Under the pieces are notes generated by a model, which saw only the letters and a program-made list of their open reading frames with translations, had not been told where the DNA came from and did no database searches. A stretch of 59,656 bases of DNA, filler included, from Sphacelaria rigidula (taxonomy: Eukaryota): NCBI GenBank assembly GCA_964200075.2. It is 10 parts of 10 records of this genome, joined end to end, with 100 filler letters (N's around TTAATTAATTAA, not from the genome) between each part and the next. Parts side by side here need not be neighbours in the genome. Positions count along the whole stretch, not along the records: positions 1 to 5,876 come from CAXNAA020023798.1; positions 5,977 to 11,852 come from CAXNAA020023799.1; positions 11,953 to 17,828 come from CAXNAA020023800.1; 7 more parts are not named here. One strand, 5' to 3'. Below are positions 1-12,431 of this stretch, piece after piece. Positions within the stretch are counted from its first letter, which is position 1, and each line of letters opens with the position of its first letter. The position numbers were made by a program, and so were the translations under genes.

Positions 1-59
1 GGATGCGAGGTCAATGGTCTGATGACTATGGCAAGCATGATCATGAGTACACCCCCCCC
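1..59 (+). mobile_element. 3' end of the ~560-bp non-autonomous retroposon (family A)
   Basis: GGATGCGAGGTCAATGGTCTGATGACTATGGCAAGCATGATCATGAGTACA followed by a C-run; matches other family A copies. Confidence 0.8.
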
Positions 60-639
60 TCCTGTCCCCGGGCCAACTGCCTCATTATGAGACGCCCTGA
101 CAAAGAGGGGAAGGTGGAAGCAGGAAAGGCCGACGGCAACCATTTTATAATGGAAGACCAAAAAAAATCCAGTAGCACACGCGGCGGGTGCAGGAAAAAT
201 GTCCTCCCTGGAGAGGTCGGGTGAGGTTCGTCCAATCATACCACGAAACGGATGAAGTGTGTTCAATTGTATCCATCGACAAGAATCAGCATAAAGCACG
301 ATGAAACATTCCATTAAAAAAACAGCAATGGGTTCCAGGGTCTGATAAAGCACATCGGTAAACAGGAAACCTTCTTTTGTTCCACTTGTCACTCGCACGG
401 GTCTGAAAAATACGCATTTGGTGTATGTTGTTGCGTCTGAGCTGTAAACCATCAGCCATATCCTGCTCAAAAACCGTCGATTGCGAATGATCAATTTTCC
501 ATTGTGAATTGCAAAAGGGTTGAGAAAAGAAGGAACAGAAAAACGTCCAACAGAACGACACAGTAGACTAAAACGTAAAAAAAAGTAATGGTGAAAAGTC
601 AGAGTCGAGCAATATTCCATGACAGTCGAAAAGGAAGTT

Positions 640-1000
640 TGAGATCACCGGCGATCGATGGACATCGTGGACCGCAATAGATTCCGGGATGTATATATCG
701 ACAGCCGTTGCCGTAGTCAATAGATGATGGGTCATGTATCGATAGTTGTTGCGGTTATCAACAGATCTGGTGAGCCATCTTGTGATAGCAATTACCGTCA
801 TGAGTAAATTTGGTGAGTCGCCTATCGGTCGCTTTTGCCGTCATGGATAGATTTGGTGACTAATCTATCGATCGTCTCTGCCGCCAACAAATTAATGGAT
901 TTTGGGGGATATATCAATAGTCGTAGCCGTCAACAACTAATTGTTCTAGGGAGCATCTTTCGATAGCCAGTGACGCCAACGATAGGTTTTGATAGTTATA
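640..1000. repeat. Degenerate tandem array of ~50-bp units; similar units at ~1890-2110
   Basis: Recurring ATCGATAG..GTTGCCGTCA..AATAGATTTGG motifs; boundaries approximate. Confidence 0.5.
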
Positions 1001-1124
1001 CCGCTCACTGCAGTGGTGTTGTTGCATCAACGGCAATACCCCTCACACGTAAACACGTAGCTGCCTGAAGCGATAGCTGGCCATAGCTTCTGTGGACGAA
1101 GGCGGAAGCATTCACCGAAAAATG

Positions 1125-1621
1125 CAAGATTGTGTTCTGTAGGGTATGAGATTCCTTACGGAACTTACAGTAATATCGGGTACCGGTATGCAAGTCTTAC
1201 AGAATTTTCAGAACTTGTCGGGTAAGGTACGGGAGGCTTACAGAAAACCGGTACCGGCAATCGGATATTTCTTTACGGGCATACCCGCGCTTCGGGTACG
1301 GGCATATATTATATACAGAACTCACAGAACTGTCGGGCAAGGGTATGGGAGGCGTACAAAACTCACAGAAACCGTCGGGCAGGGTATGAAGACTGCACTG
1401 AAAACCGTACCCGCAACTGGGTACTTGATCAAGAGCATACCCGCGCCCCCGGTACGGTACGGGAGGCTTACAGAACTCACAGAACTATCGGGTAAGGGTA
1501 TGCACGTCTTACAGACTTTACAGAACTGTCGGATACCGGTATGAAAGTGTCGGATACGGTAAATACCCGGGAAAACACCCCGGGTATACAGAAAAAACGT
1601 ACCCTACAGAACACAACCTTG
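1125..1621. mobile_element. MITE with 8-bp TSD (hAT/P-type)
   Basis: 22-bp TIR CAAG(A/G)TTGTGTTCTGTAGGGTA; flanks GAAAAATG / GAAGAATG (7 of 8 match); internal ACAGAACT subrepeats. Confidence 0.85.
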
Positions 1622-2121
1622 GAAGAATGTGTATACATGGTGTAATAGTGATGAACGCCATTCAGCTCCTCTTGTGGCCACCAGAAGCTTTTGATTACGG
1701 CCGCGATTCAAATCGCATTTTGACCCGCGATTGACCCACTTCATGTGCACCTGCGGCTTCTCTACTGTACTTCAGTAGAGAATAATCTGCTCCATACGTT
1801 TTATGTTGCAATGAAGGTGTGGCAATAGGCGACAGAGAATTTATCCGTAGGCTTTGTATACCACAATCATATTCTGGTATGTATTTATCGATATTCATCA
1901 TCAAAAGATTTGGTGCAGTCTATCAACAGCCATCGCCGTGATCAATAGATTTGGGAAGCTATCGATCGATGTATTTGGTCCGCGGCAATAGTTATCGGTG
2001 TAGGGGTACAATTGACTGCTGCCCGGGCAATAGCGTGGGAGAGGGGTCTATCGATAGACATTGCCGTCAACAATAGAACAAGAAACCTGTCGATTGATGG
2101 CGATTACTCATGACATTATTG

Positions 2122-2341
2122 CAGGGGCAGGTAGAGTAGAGTAGCTACTATTCGGTACCCGAGTAAAATACCCGAGTATTTACTCCACTCAATTTTTGAG
2201 TAGGTCAAGTATGGCCTCAAATAATCTAAAATTTTGAGTCGGTCTAGCACGGCCTCAAGTACTCGACTCAAAATTTGCGTACGAAAAGTATGACTCTTCG
2301 AAATACTGAGCATTGAGTACACTGTACTCGACCTGCCCTTG
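2122..2341. mobile_element. hAT-type MITE
   Basis: TIR CA(G/A)GGGCAGGT(A/C)GAGTA; flanks CATTATTG / CAATATTG (7 of 8 match). Confidence 0.8.
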
Positions 2342-2900
2342 CAATATTGGCATCTACTGCGGTAGATTCTATTTCTCTTGTAATGAGTGCTGTCTATTGT
2401 CCAGGGTGTTGGTTGAGGTCATTTCTAAAAAAGCCGACGTTTAACACTGTCACCGAGGGCAATCTTTTTTTTTTGCAACCCGAAATCTACGATTCTCCTC
2501 ATCGAGTCCCATCTCTCGGCTGTGCGACTGCTCCCTGCACTCTTCATTATTTTTTCAAAGAAGTTGCAAGACTGAGCACGAACCAACCATTTTTCACACC
2601 CTCCTTTCACTGGATATTCATTCCTCCCCTCATTCATTTAGATTAGATCATCCAGAAGTCTGAAATTGTTCGATACCCGAGCATCCAACGTAATGAGAGT
2701 ATGTTATGGCTACTGTAGTTGTCTGCAGCTGTGTCGTGTAACTCTCCCTACAAATTTTAAAAGTGTGCTTGCTTCCTCTGCTAAATAAATGCCCTTGGTT
2801 TCTGGAGTACGCTGTTCCTGGGGTCTGCAATTTTCCTACCCCCTCACCGTCCTACCCTCTCGCCCAATCCCACGCCTGTTGCATCTGATGCTCATCATAG

Positions 2901-4328
2901 GCACAGGAAGCCGAAAAGGCGGCAAAAGAGGAGACGGAGAAGGCCAGACGAGACGCCGTACGCGCGAGACAACCCAAGCCACCGATCAACGGGACGCCCC
3001 CCCCCGGGTCCGCCGCGCCACCGACGCTCCTTTACACCCAAGTCCCACCCGCGAGCTCTATGGACTTGGACGCGGGCATGATGCCCTCGAAGAGCAGCAG
3101 CAGACCAAAGCCGGGCACGAACGAGTTGTTGGACCCCCCGTCGCGCGAGATGCCAATTGCACCCGCCTCCGCCACCGGCAGTGGTGCTGCCAATCCAGCC
3201 GCCGGTGCTGCTGCCGACGCTTCTGCCGACGCGCCGGCGGCCACCGGCGGAGGAATAAATGCCTCAAGTGGTGATGGGACTAGTCCAGATAACCCAGGAG
3301 TGCCACCTGCTGCGGTCGCTGCCGCCGCCACCGCTACCGTGGCTACTACTCCCACCGCTCCTGCTGCTTCTGTACCGGCAGGCCCAGGAAGATTCTTCCC
3401 TGGTCGAAAATTTCCGGGGCGGGGCGGAAAGGGACGGGTGGGTACTACACTGGCAGGGGCGTCGGGTGCCGGGAGGGGGAAGCCCACGGCGGCGGCAAAG
3501 GCAGGTGCCGGTACGTCGACGACCGCCGGCGCAGCTAGCACCGGCAGCAGCACTCCCTCTGGCGGGATCTTAAAGTCCAAGGGTAGTAGCGGCAGCAGTG
3601 GAGGAATAGTGTCCACCTCGGAGGAAGGGATGTCGGGTGGTTTGGGAGTAGGGGGGGATGTGCTTATCGAGGCGGGGATTGGAGGTGTGAGGGATCCCAT
3701 GGCTGTCGAGAGAGCGGCATCGGCGGGGTCGGGGTCGGGGTCGGGGTCTCCACCGACGCCGGGGTCTCCCCCGACAGGTGATGAAGGTATCGGTGGGGCA
3801 GCGTCGGGACCGCCGCCTATTGTGTCGTTGGAAGATCTGACACGTGCGGACGCCCTGGCGAAGAAGCTCCAACGCAAGGCGAAGCGGTTGGAGCCGGCGG
3901 CGAAGAAAGTAAGCTGGGCGGACCGGGCTGGTCGAGTCCTGCACGCCATCAAGGAGTTTCACTCGGAAGACGCGGCACGCACGGTTTCGGACCCCGATAG
4001 CGGTCACGACGACGTTGAGTTGAGCCACCACGAAGGACACGACCGCTGGGCGGAGCGCGTCAGGCGCGAGCGAGAGATGGAACGCAAGTTTCACGGCAAG
4101 GGGAAAGGGAAGAGTAGGGGGAGGGGGGACGGCGGGGCGGCTGCCAAGGCGGAGGCCAAGGCCGAGGCGGAAGCCGAAGCCGCGAGGATTGCCATGAAGC
4201 CGACCGTGTCGTGGCGGCGGCCGGGACCGTACGAAGATGGTGTTGTGCACGAGGACGTGATCGCCTTGGAGGTGGAGTCGAGCGAGGCGGAGAGCCAGGG
4301 AGCTCGGACACGTGCGGGGCTAGAACAG
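2901..4328 (+). CDS. Internal exon (476 codons) of a PNUTS/PPP1R10-like PP1 regulatory subunit
   Basis: Acceptor CATCATAG|GCA; open frame including ORF 3060; GILK (SILK-type) and KKVSW (RVxF-type) motifs; W..P..S.E...Q..R...L block as in PNUTS; donor CAG|GCAAGT. Confidence 0.75.
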
Positions 4329-5236
4329 GCAAGTAATGAGTCGTGCTATAGTACTTTCCCGGTACCGTACATAGGCGCCAGTCAGCACTATCGTAAGAAA
4401 TCGACGCGTGTGGATTTATTCAGTCGAGGGGAGTTGGACCTTCGCCTCTGCTTTCCCTTCAAACTCTTTTTTTGTGCTGTGTGCAGGTGGGTGGTGGGTG
4501 GTTCCATGAAAAACAATAATCAGACCTACCCGGTTGCCGTTGTTTTGTTTGCACATTTACTTTTCGCCGCTCTTTCAAGATTTTCGCCCCCTCTATTCGG
4601 GACGAGTCCGCCGGCTCAAGGGTAGCGCAGTACATGTCTGGGCAAAAAGCCGTACAACAAAGTGTTCGGATTAGGAAATGGGAAGAAGTTCGCTGTGCGT
4701 ACGCATTTCAAGCGTACTATCTTGGAGCACATTCTTGACCACCGATGAATCCGATGCTTCCGAGGAGCGTATTTCTCGGGGCGCGGATACGCACGTATTG
4801 CTGGACGCAGGATGCATCCTTCGCTGTTTCTCCCTCGAAGAAAACGGAAAGCTAACCTCACTCCGACAAGGAATCCGCCGTTGCTTGTCCTGCCTGTATG
4901 GCTGCTTCTTTTCAGCCGCTCTTTCGTGTCCCGCGTCCCACCTTCTGCCCCGCGTCTACTTACTCACACTCGTGAGATAAGCTTTTTTTGAGTGCCGAAG
5001 CACAAGGGTTAATATTTGCGGTACAGGGAGCTATCGCGATAAAACGAAAGAAGAAACGCATGCCAGAAAACGACGCGTTGGTATACATCGGGGCGAGTCG
5101 GACAGACCATGTCTACTTCGTGATCATCTAACAGCTCATAGAATGTTCACCTCTTCATGCGTTTTGTTTGTTGGTGATGTTGTTGCTGTTGCCGTTTTGT
5201 GTTTTGCTCTCTTGCACTACACATGTTCGCCTTCAG

Positions 5237-5306
5237 GTGTACCTGTCCAGTGGAGACATCCCACCATCCCCAGCGGAGCCCGACGCGGCGTCATTTATTC
5301 CCTCAG
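5237..5306 (+). CDS. Next exon of the PNUTS-like gene (VYLSSGDIPPSPAEPDAASFIPS)
   Basis: Pyrimidine-rich tract + TTCAG|, donor |GTAAAC; phase 0 joins the previous exon; IPPSPAEPD resembles PNUTS VPDSPHEPD. Confidence 0.75.
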
Positions 5307-5566
5307 GTAAACCGCACTTTGCGGTAGGCGACATGTAAGCAACGCCCCTGCCCTCACCTCCCACCTTGCCCCGCCACCGCCTTCAAGGATATTCAGTAAT
5401 GTCGTCAATCGTGTTGTGGTGATCTCTATTTTTTTTTACATCATGCACAAGCCGTTTCATGGAGCATGGCCAAAAGTATTTTTATTCTTACTCCGTGTCT
5501 CGAAGGCCCTCGGTTGGTCCCTGCGGTACAGTTTGTAAGTTCGAGCTTCCCCCTCCCTCCCCTCAG

Positions 5567-5876
5567 CCTGGTCCGGCGAGAACTCGGCGTGCTCCGTCCC
5601 GGCTTTGTAGGGGCTAATCCTCAATGAGGTTGGCATCTGTTGGCGATGGAGCTATAAATCACCCTACTCACTGCGGAAGCTAGGCAACCAGGTTACCGAT
5701 TTGTTTTCACGCGCTCGCGTTTTTTTAGCGGTAACCATGACGGTGGTCGAGGTAGATGATGTTGTGCGGCGTGGGAGAACCTCAACTTCGCACAATGGGG
5801 ATGATCGTACCACGCAGTGTTTAACTGGTGAGGCAACCATGAGGCAGCGTATAAGTCGTGGCTGTCTCAGGAAGTG
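5567..5876 (+). mobile_element. Family A retroposon, 5' half, cut by contig end
   Basis: Starts CCTGGTCCGGCGAGAA after a C-rich run; colinear with the 17226-17783 and 23986-24549 copies. Confidence 0.85.
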
Positions 5877-5976
5877 NNNNNNNNNNNNNNNNNNNNNNNN
5901 NNNNNNNNNNNNNNNNNNNNTTAATTAATTAANNNNNNNNNNNNNNNNNNNNNNNNNNNNNNNNNNNNNNNNNNNN
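5877..5976. other. Artificial contig linker (44N-TTAATTAATTAA-44N); also at 11853-11952, 17829-17928, 23805-23904, 29781-29880, 35757-35856, 41732-41831, 47707-47806, 53682-53781
   Basis: Nine identical 100-bp spacers with a six-frame stop core; intervening contigs are 5876 bp (first six) and 5875 bp (last four). Confidence 0.98.
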
Positions 5977-6219
5977 AAAAAAATTAATTGGGATCACCAC
6001 CCCCCCCCCCCCCCCCCCCTCTCCGAACAACATTTGATACACAACTTTTTTTTCGCTGGCTTTGACTACAGCCCGATTTGTTTTTTCTTCGTGCACTATT
6101 ATAGCTGCTGCGGCGGTCCTCCTCTTCATCTAGCTAGCCTACCATGGTACCCAACACCCTTTTTCGTGCACCATGGTTCTTACTTTCCCACCAAAATTTC
6201 ATGTTTTCGTTTGATGTAG

Positions 6220-6412
6220 TGGACTGCCTGAAGGTGTACCTTTTCGAGGAAGTTCTGCTGCTGCGAGCGGCGAGGGACTACCCACCAGCCACGCATCGGG
6301 GCGAAGAGGAGCGACGGGAGGCGCCTTCGGGCCCGTTCGGTGTCGATCCTCTGGCGCACATCACCAATACAGCGAGACAAGCGGAGGATGAGTCCTTCAG
6401 AGAGGAGGACAA
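6220..6412 (+). CDS. Probable internal exon, product unknown
   Basis: T-rich tract + TAG| acceptor, |GTGAGT donor, GC-rich open frame (DCLKVYLFEEVLLL...FREED). Confidence 0.5.
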
Positions 6413-6696
6413 GTGAGTGGCGAGTGGTTATGTACAGTATAGTGTATCCCCCGGTATCGTTGCTGAGAGGATGTTGATCTGGTTGGTTGCTGATGGATTG
6501 ATTGACTGATTGCACACCCTGGACAGTATATATGTTCAAAAGCTGCAGTATACACAAAATGTACTGCATGTAGCATAGGCCTATTGCATGCAGCGATTGT
6601 TGGCCGAAACTAGCTGCAATAGGCCTATACTTTATGCAGTACATTTTGTGTCTATTGCAGCCATTGACCATGTATTGTCCAGGGTGTAGTTGATCT

Positions 6697-6930
6697 CACA
6701 CACATCGGGCAGCTCATGAGTCCCCTAAAATGGCCAATCGAAGAGAATGCTCACATCTCTTGTACATGAGCACAGAATACGTCGATAGTGGGGTCCGAAA
6801 AGCCAAAGCGCTACAGTCAGTAAGTACCGTTACGCTACCCCGCGTGCTTGGCATCCAGCGCTGTAGTGAGGAAATAATTATGGAAATAACAAAGGGGCCA
6901 AATGAGCGAGAGCCCATGATTCGGATATAG
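6697..6930. mobile_element. Diverged partial copy of the 8459-8715 TIR element
   Basis: CACACATCGGGCAGCTCATGAG start; shared internal AAGCCAAAGCGC...CCAGCGCTGTAG. Confidence 0.55.
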
Positions 6931-7192
6931 TTATATATATATATATATATATTATACGTACAGTACGGTGGCGCCCCTCTCACAAGAAACGGGGCTGTAG
7001 GAAAATCAGGCTGAGATTTCGAAAAAAGAATTAATAACAAAGTGTTCGGCCTCAGCGACGACCGCTACACTACTAAGTCGATCACGGTAGGCCATGATCA
7101 GTCTTTGCATCAGATGAAAAAAGTCTGTCTGAGGCTGATATTTCGTATCTTATGAGCGGGCCGATATTGTATGTACTACTGCATGTATGTGT

Positions 7193-7767
7193 CAGAGCTC
7201 GGGAAAGGTACCAGTTATAATTGGCCACTATCATGATAATGGTGATGATGGTCATGATTACATGGGAAAAAATGGATACTGGTTTCAAACCATTATTTAC
7301 CGTTACCGGCTTTATGAACCGTTACTGGCTACGTATGCTACATACAGCACACAGCTACAACAGACAGGACACAACATGCAGCAGCAGTCCTCGGCTCGTA
7401 GTTCAGTTATATTTTTTTCGATAAAAAATCAGAAAGACTGAAAAAGACGGTCCTACTTTTTTTCGATCAAAAATTAAGATGAGCCACTTTTTTGTTTTTA
7501 ATCGAAATTTCAACCGAAATGCGCTATGGTTTTGCCCTTAGAAATTGGCCCAAATGTAACGTACATGTTAGCTCTGGTGAAGCCAAATCGCGCGGAAACG
7601 TGCTTTCGGCACGGCGCCTTCGGTGGGGCCCTCCCGGGGGGGGCTTTTTCGCTCGCGGCTGCGCCGCTCGATGACGAAATCATCACGTACCATTCAAGTG
7701 GTTAATGGTTGCGCTACGCGTAACCATTGACCGCTTAAATGGTTAGACTGCAAATTCCTGAGCTCTA
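7193..7767. mobile_element. hAT-type non-autonomous element, long variant of 33904-34138
   Basis: Termini CAGAGCTCGGGAA / TTCCTGAGCTCTA; both subterminal regions match the 33904 copy in opposite orientation. Confidence 0.65.
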
Positions 7768-8458
7768 ATGTGTATGCATGTACCCAAGAAATAGGAACCA
7801 ACATCATTTCTGTCACATTCCCTCTGAAAAATATGGACATTACGGTAGCAACAGGAACTGCCAGGTGAAGCTGTGAACAAGTACCGTGGTCACATCGGCG
7901 GCCTTACCCCACTGCTGTTGCTATCATACCTTACCTTACCTATTTTGTGTGTTCCTGTGTGTTGTGAATCGTCTATATATTTTGAGTCTTCCGTGGCGTA
8001 CGTGTATGTACGGTAGTATACGGGGGATATCACCCCCTTAAACAATGAGAAAACCCGACCTGGATGTTCTCGTGAGCGGCGACGGCCATCGCGCGTCGTC
8101 TTTCGGAAATACTGCATCATCCACGCACGGTAGTATACGGAGGATACCACCCCTTAAACGACCCAAGGGTTGCGCATCGTTTTTTGGAAATACTGTATTG
8201 TATCTGGAGACATTCCGGTTTCGAAACGTAAATTCGGGGTATTAATAGTGTAGGGCGGTGCAAGCTCTCACGTGACCATCTTTTGAACAGAAAGGTAAAC
8301 GTGAAGGTATTATCTTACATTCACCATCTTACCATCTGTGTTCATTTTTCTGGGTCCTGTTGTGTGTGTGTATGTTTTTTTTTATTCTATTTCCTAGTAC
8401 CTCATTTTGGGTAGCTAGCCTGTGACCACGGAAGGCGTCCACATAAGATGCACAGTAC

Positions 8459-8715
8459 CACACGTCGGACAGCTCATGAGCTACCGAAAATAACAAATCG
8501 AAGGGGACTCTCAGGTTGCTCATCCAGAAACACAAATTACGTGACAGCAGGGCCCGAGAAGCCAAAGCGCCACCTTTGCGCTTCTCCGCGTGCTCGGTGT
8601 CCAGCGCTGTAGGGAGAAAATATGGAAAAAGCGATCACATGAGCTAGCTCGTGATCCGGATCAGTACACTAATAAGAAGTAATATTTAGGTAGCTCATGA
8701 GCTGTCCGACGTGTG
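8459..8715. mobile_element. MITE with perfect 27-bp TIR (CAC...GTG termini, superfamily uncertain)
   Basis: CACACGTCGGACAGCTCATGAGCTACC and its exact reverse complement at 8689-8715. Confidence 0.85.
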
Positions 8716-10578
8716 TAAACTTTCATACATACATATCAGGCGATGAGATCGTGAAATAATGAAAAAAAAACACAGCACATGGCCGAAGTGGAAGTGAGGC
8801 AATCACCGAAATATTCGCGTGCAAAGCCTGTGCGGTCGTACTCTGAGTTGTTAACGCTAGAAGAACACCAGTGCAACGGCCATTCCGGCTGCCGGCCTGT
8901 GCACGGCCGTCCCGGTAATGATGGGATTGTCTGTACCGGGATGTCGTCCCCAGTGCCAGGTACGCCGGCAAGGGTCCGCAGCACCACCCACTGGTCGCGC
9001 GACAGGAGCTCAATCTTCGACTGTCGAGATTTTGAAGCGGAAATGTTCAGCTCCCAACCCTCACATATATAGCGGGCCATAAACGATACTTATTTGCTGG
9101 GTTTCTTCGAGCGTTCGTCCATACCTGGACGAAGATTGATGATGAGGCCGGCAGGATCCGTCGCAGCCTGTGGATCAACTATCACTGTACTCACTCTATA
9201 TAGCCGTCATCAGACAGCATGGTGCTGAAAAACCAAAATGCCACGCACCGTGGGTATCCATCGTATCAATGCACACCGGGCCATCAGCGACTTCCCCTGC
9301 TGCAGCTGTGACTGTGACCCCTTCCTCTAATACCAATCTACACATTCTGAAGTGTTCTTCACGATGCTTTTTTTGTGGATTGTTACGTTCACATAATTGG
9401 GGCACATATTACGCAGATATGACCGTGTTAGAGGCTTCACGTCAAAACTAAATGATCGGGGATCTCAGATCATTCGACTTGTGTTTGTTGCTGACTACGT
9501 CAAGGCAATGTCCAGCTGTTTTCGACTGCTTTGCTCTCATGTTCTCGTGACATTCGCTGCATAACCACTGTCTTCGTGTTCCCAAATCATCGAGAACGCA
9601 CAGAAAATCACATTAAAAGAATATCCCGCCATGAGCGGGCTTTTGTGGCTCTTGTTTGAAGTTTTCGACGATCTTGGAAAGGCTTTTGTGGTTCGGGATC
9701 GACACCCCGCAAAAAGGAGCCAGTGTGGGCGGCTTTCGATGGCAAGAACACGCGCCACAGGTATCAGATGACACCCAAACCTGAACTGTATTGTACCGCT
9801 GACCCTACTTCGTGCACTGCAAAAGAAAGCGCGGGCTAAGATGCCTTGCAGCCAGAGAACACTCGGCAAAAGTGGTGAAAAATGCGAAATGATTCATGTA
9901 TATATATATATATATACATATTGGTGGGACAATATGTGTTCAATCCCACGGTACCAATATATTCTGGACGGGCAAAATGTATGCAGTCCCACGACATCGA
10001 GATCTTGGGTGCGCAATACGTGTGTAGTCCGAGGGTAGGGTACCAACGTATATTACGCCGGTAATATATCGCAAAATTCCAATATTATCAACTTATATAT
10101 ATATATTGAAAATGTATTATTTTGTCGAGGGTATGAAACACACGAAATCTGAATATCGCGTCTCAGTTTTTGAGATTTGAGCTTCAAAATTTCGTATGGA
10201 GAATCGCTAGTGCATAATAAAATAGAAAGTAAGCTTTTTCATTTTTTTCACTGAAAACAAAATGTTTTTTAGGGGAGTTTGAGGAGAAATAAGCGTTGCT
10301 CTTGGACCTCATCTCATTTTTGAGCTCAATTTTGAGACATGTGGTTTGAAACTTAGCATGGAGAATCACGAAGGCATGCTGAAGAAAAGAAATGGGCCTT
10401 CATTTTTTTTCCAGAGGTTAGGGCGTTTCTCGTGAAAAATTGGTATTGGCCATACTAAAACGTCCTTAACCAGTAGAAACAATAAGGGCAGTAGCCTACA
10501 AAAGATATACCTTATCCTTTTTTGCCCAAGAAAGGTACGAAAAATGGCCAGAAACGCGAAGACAGCAAATAGGCCATT

Positions 10579-11852
10579 CAGACCGTTTTCTCTCCGAATT
10601 TTTCCCGCACATCACTCGGGGGGAGGCCTTCGCACCTGGGCCTCGAGAACAAAACGAAAAAAGAACATGTTACTCGCGATATACGGCCACGCGAAAACGG
10701 ACGCCTCGCCTACAGAAACCGCTTCCTCCTTTCTAGGCCAAAACTTCACCAGGTATACCTGATTCAGGAACTCTATTTCAATCGTACCTTATCTGGACCA
10801 CCGATCGGCCGAGAACGTACTTGTGGTGGGCCATCGCTTCCTACACTGTACCTGATGCAGCACATCGCACGCAAGGGAGTCTACGCGCCAACTCCGATCA
10901 TGGCGCCCACACATTCGACTCTTTGCCCGCTCGCTTTCTTTTCACGGACGCCACAACGACCGCGCCCCTTTCTCCCCGGAAATGGTTCCCGAGTCTCTCT
11001 GCATCGACACAATAACTGGACTCACAACTCACAACGCGTCGGTCTTTTGTGATGCGGGGGGTTGTGGAAGATGGTACTGTTGCGATCTCGCGGCTGGTGT
11101 CAGGGTCAAGATAAGGTCTTCCGTCACCAGCGGGCGGTTGTCGCATCATCGATGGTTGGTTTAATCAACGGCTACAGTAAAGGCCGTCACGCATACAGAA
11201 TTAGGGACAAAATAGTAATAGCATTCAACACCACAGTACAGAGTAACATGCACCCAACGAAAACACTCGCGAAACACACATATCATGTCTATCGGGGCCG
11301 AGCATAGCAATTACCAACGGCCAGCGAGAAGTTCGGATTGTGTCCGCAGAGTATACTGTAGTGCTGAACGCTATTACTGTTATGTCCCCATTTCTATATG
11401 CGCGACGGCCAGTACTGTATCCGTTGCTTGAACCAACCATCGATGATGCGACAATCGCCCGCTGGTGACGGAAGAGCTTAGCTTGTCCCTGACACAAGCC
11501 CCAAGATCGCACCAGTACCATCTTCCACAACCCCCCGCATAAAAAAAGATCGACGCGGGGAGACTCGGGAACCATTTCCGGGGAGAAAGGGGAGTGGTCG
11601 TTGTGGCGTCCGTGAACAGAAAATGAGCGGGAAAAGAGTCGAATGTGTGGGCGCCATGATTGGAGTTGGCGCCTACCTGAAGTTTTGGCCTAGAGAGGAG
11701 GAAGCGGTTTCTGGAGGCGAGACGTCCGTTTTCACGTGGCCATATATCGCGAGTAACATATATATTTTTTCGTTTTGTTTTCGAGGCCCGGGTGCCAAGC
11801 CCCCCCCCCCCCCGAGTGATGTGCGTGAAAAATTCGGAGCGAAATCGGTCTG
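10579..11852. repeat. Long imperfect inverted repeat (arms ~10579-11240 and ~11350-11852)
   Basis: Arms align as reverse complements with indels; ~110-bp spacer; right arm runs into the contig end. Confidence 0.85.
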
Positions 11853-12431
11853 NNNNNNNNNNNNNNNNNNNNNNNNNNNNNNNNNNNNNNNNNNNNTTAA
11901 TTAATTAANNNNNNNNNNNNNNNNNNNNNNNNNNNNNNNNNNNNNNNNNNNNGGAGGTCTGAAATTTGACCTTGCCGTCACCTGCAATGGGTGTTTTCGA
12001 GCGTATCCATCACTCACACGGTGTGAAACACATGACAACAACGCCTATTTCACCGACGTTTCAATGATTCGGAGGCGTTGTTCCTTGCTTATCAGGTTAA
12101 ACCGGTTTTCCGGTTAACCGGTTAAACCGGCCGAAAAAAACCCGGTTAAATCGGTTTTTCGATTTGAAAATAACGCCTCTTTATCCGGTTACCGGTTTTC
12201 TAAATTTGCTGTCCGGTGCCCACCTCTAGCCCCGACTCTCCTGCATTTTCTTTCTTGGCAACCTGCAGTTGTTCCCCCCACATAGCCCGGAAAACTTCGC
12301 AATTCCCGCACGGATTTTGTCTTCGCCCGTTCGTTTTTTTCCGGAGCTCATTCTACCGGGAATGTACCCTGAAACAGGTCAGGTCCACGAAGAAAAACAA
12401 GACATGGATTTCTCCTTCACCCCCCTCCTAT

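Noticed and set aside
19..51. Hammerhead ribozyme from CTGATGA in the family A tail (also reverse-strand CTGATGA in the 37.5-kb array)
   Set aside because: No GAAA after a stem II; motif not conserved among copies
1146..1544. 132-aa repetitive ORF
   Set aside because: Lies inside a MITE made of subrepeats
3032..4332. Antisense and alternative-frame ORFs (306, 226, 104, 90 aa)
   Set aside because: GC-rich shadows of the PNUTS-like exon
4329..4625. C-terminal part of the 521-aa ORF
   Set aside because: Composition becomes intronic after the GC donor; homology resumes at 5237
5921..5932. Recurrent TTAATTAATTAA palindrome as a biological site
   Set aside because: Always centred in an identical N spacer; synthetic linker
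8736..9170. Coding-like minus-strand stretch
   Set aside because: No recognisable motif or convincing splice sites
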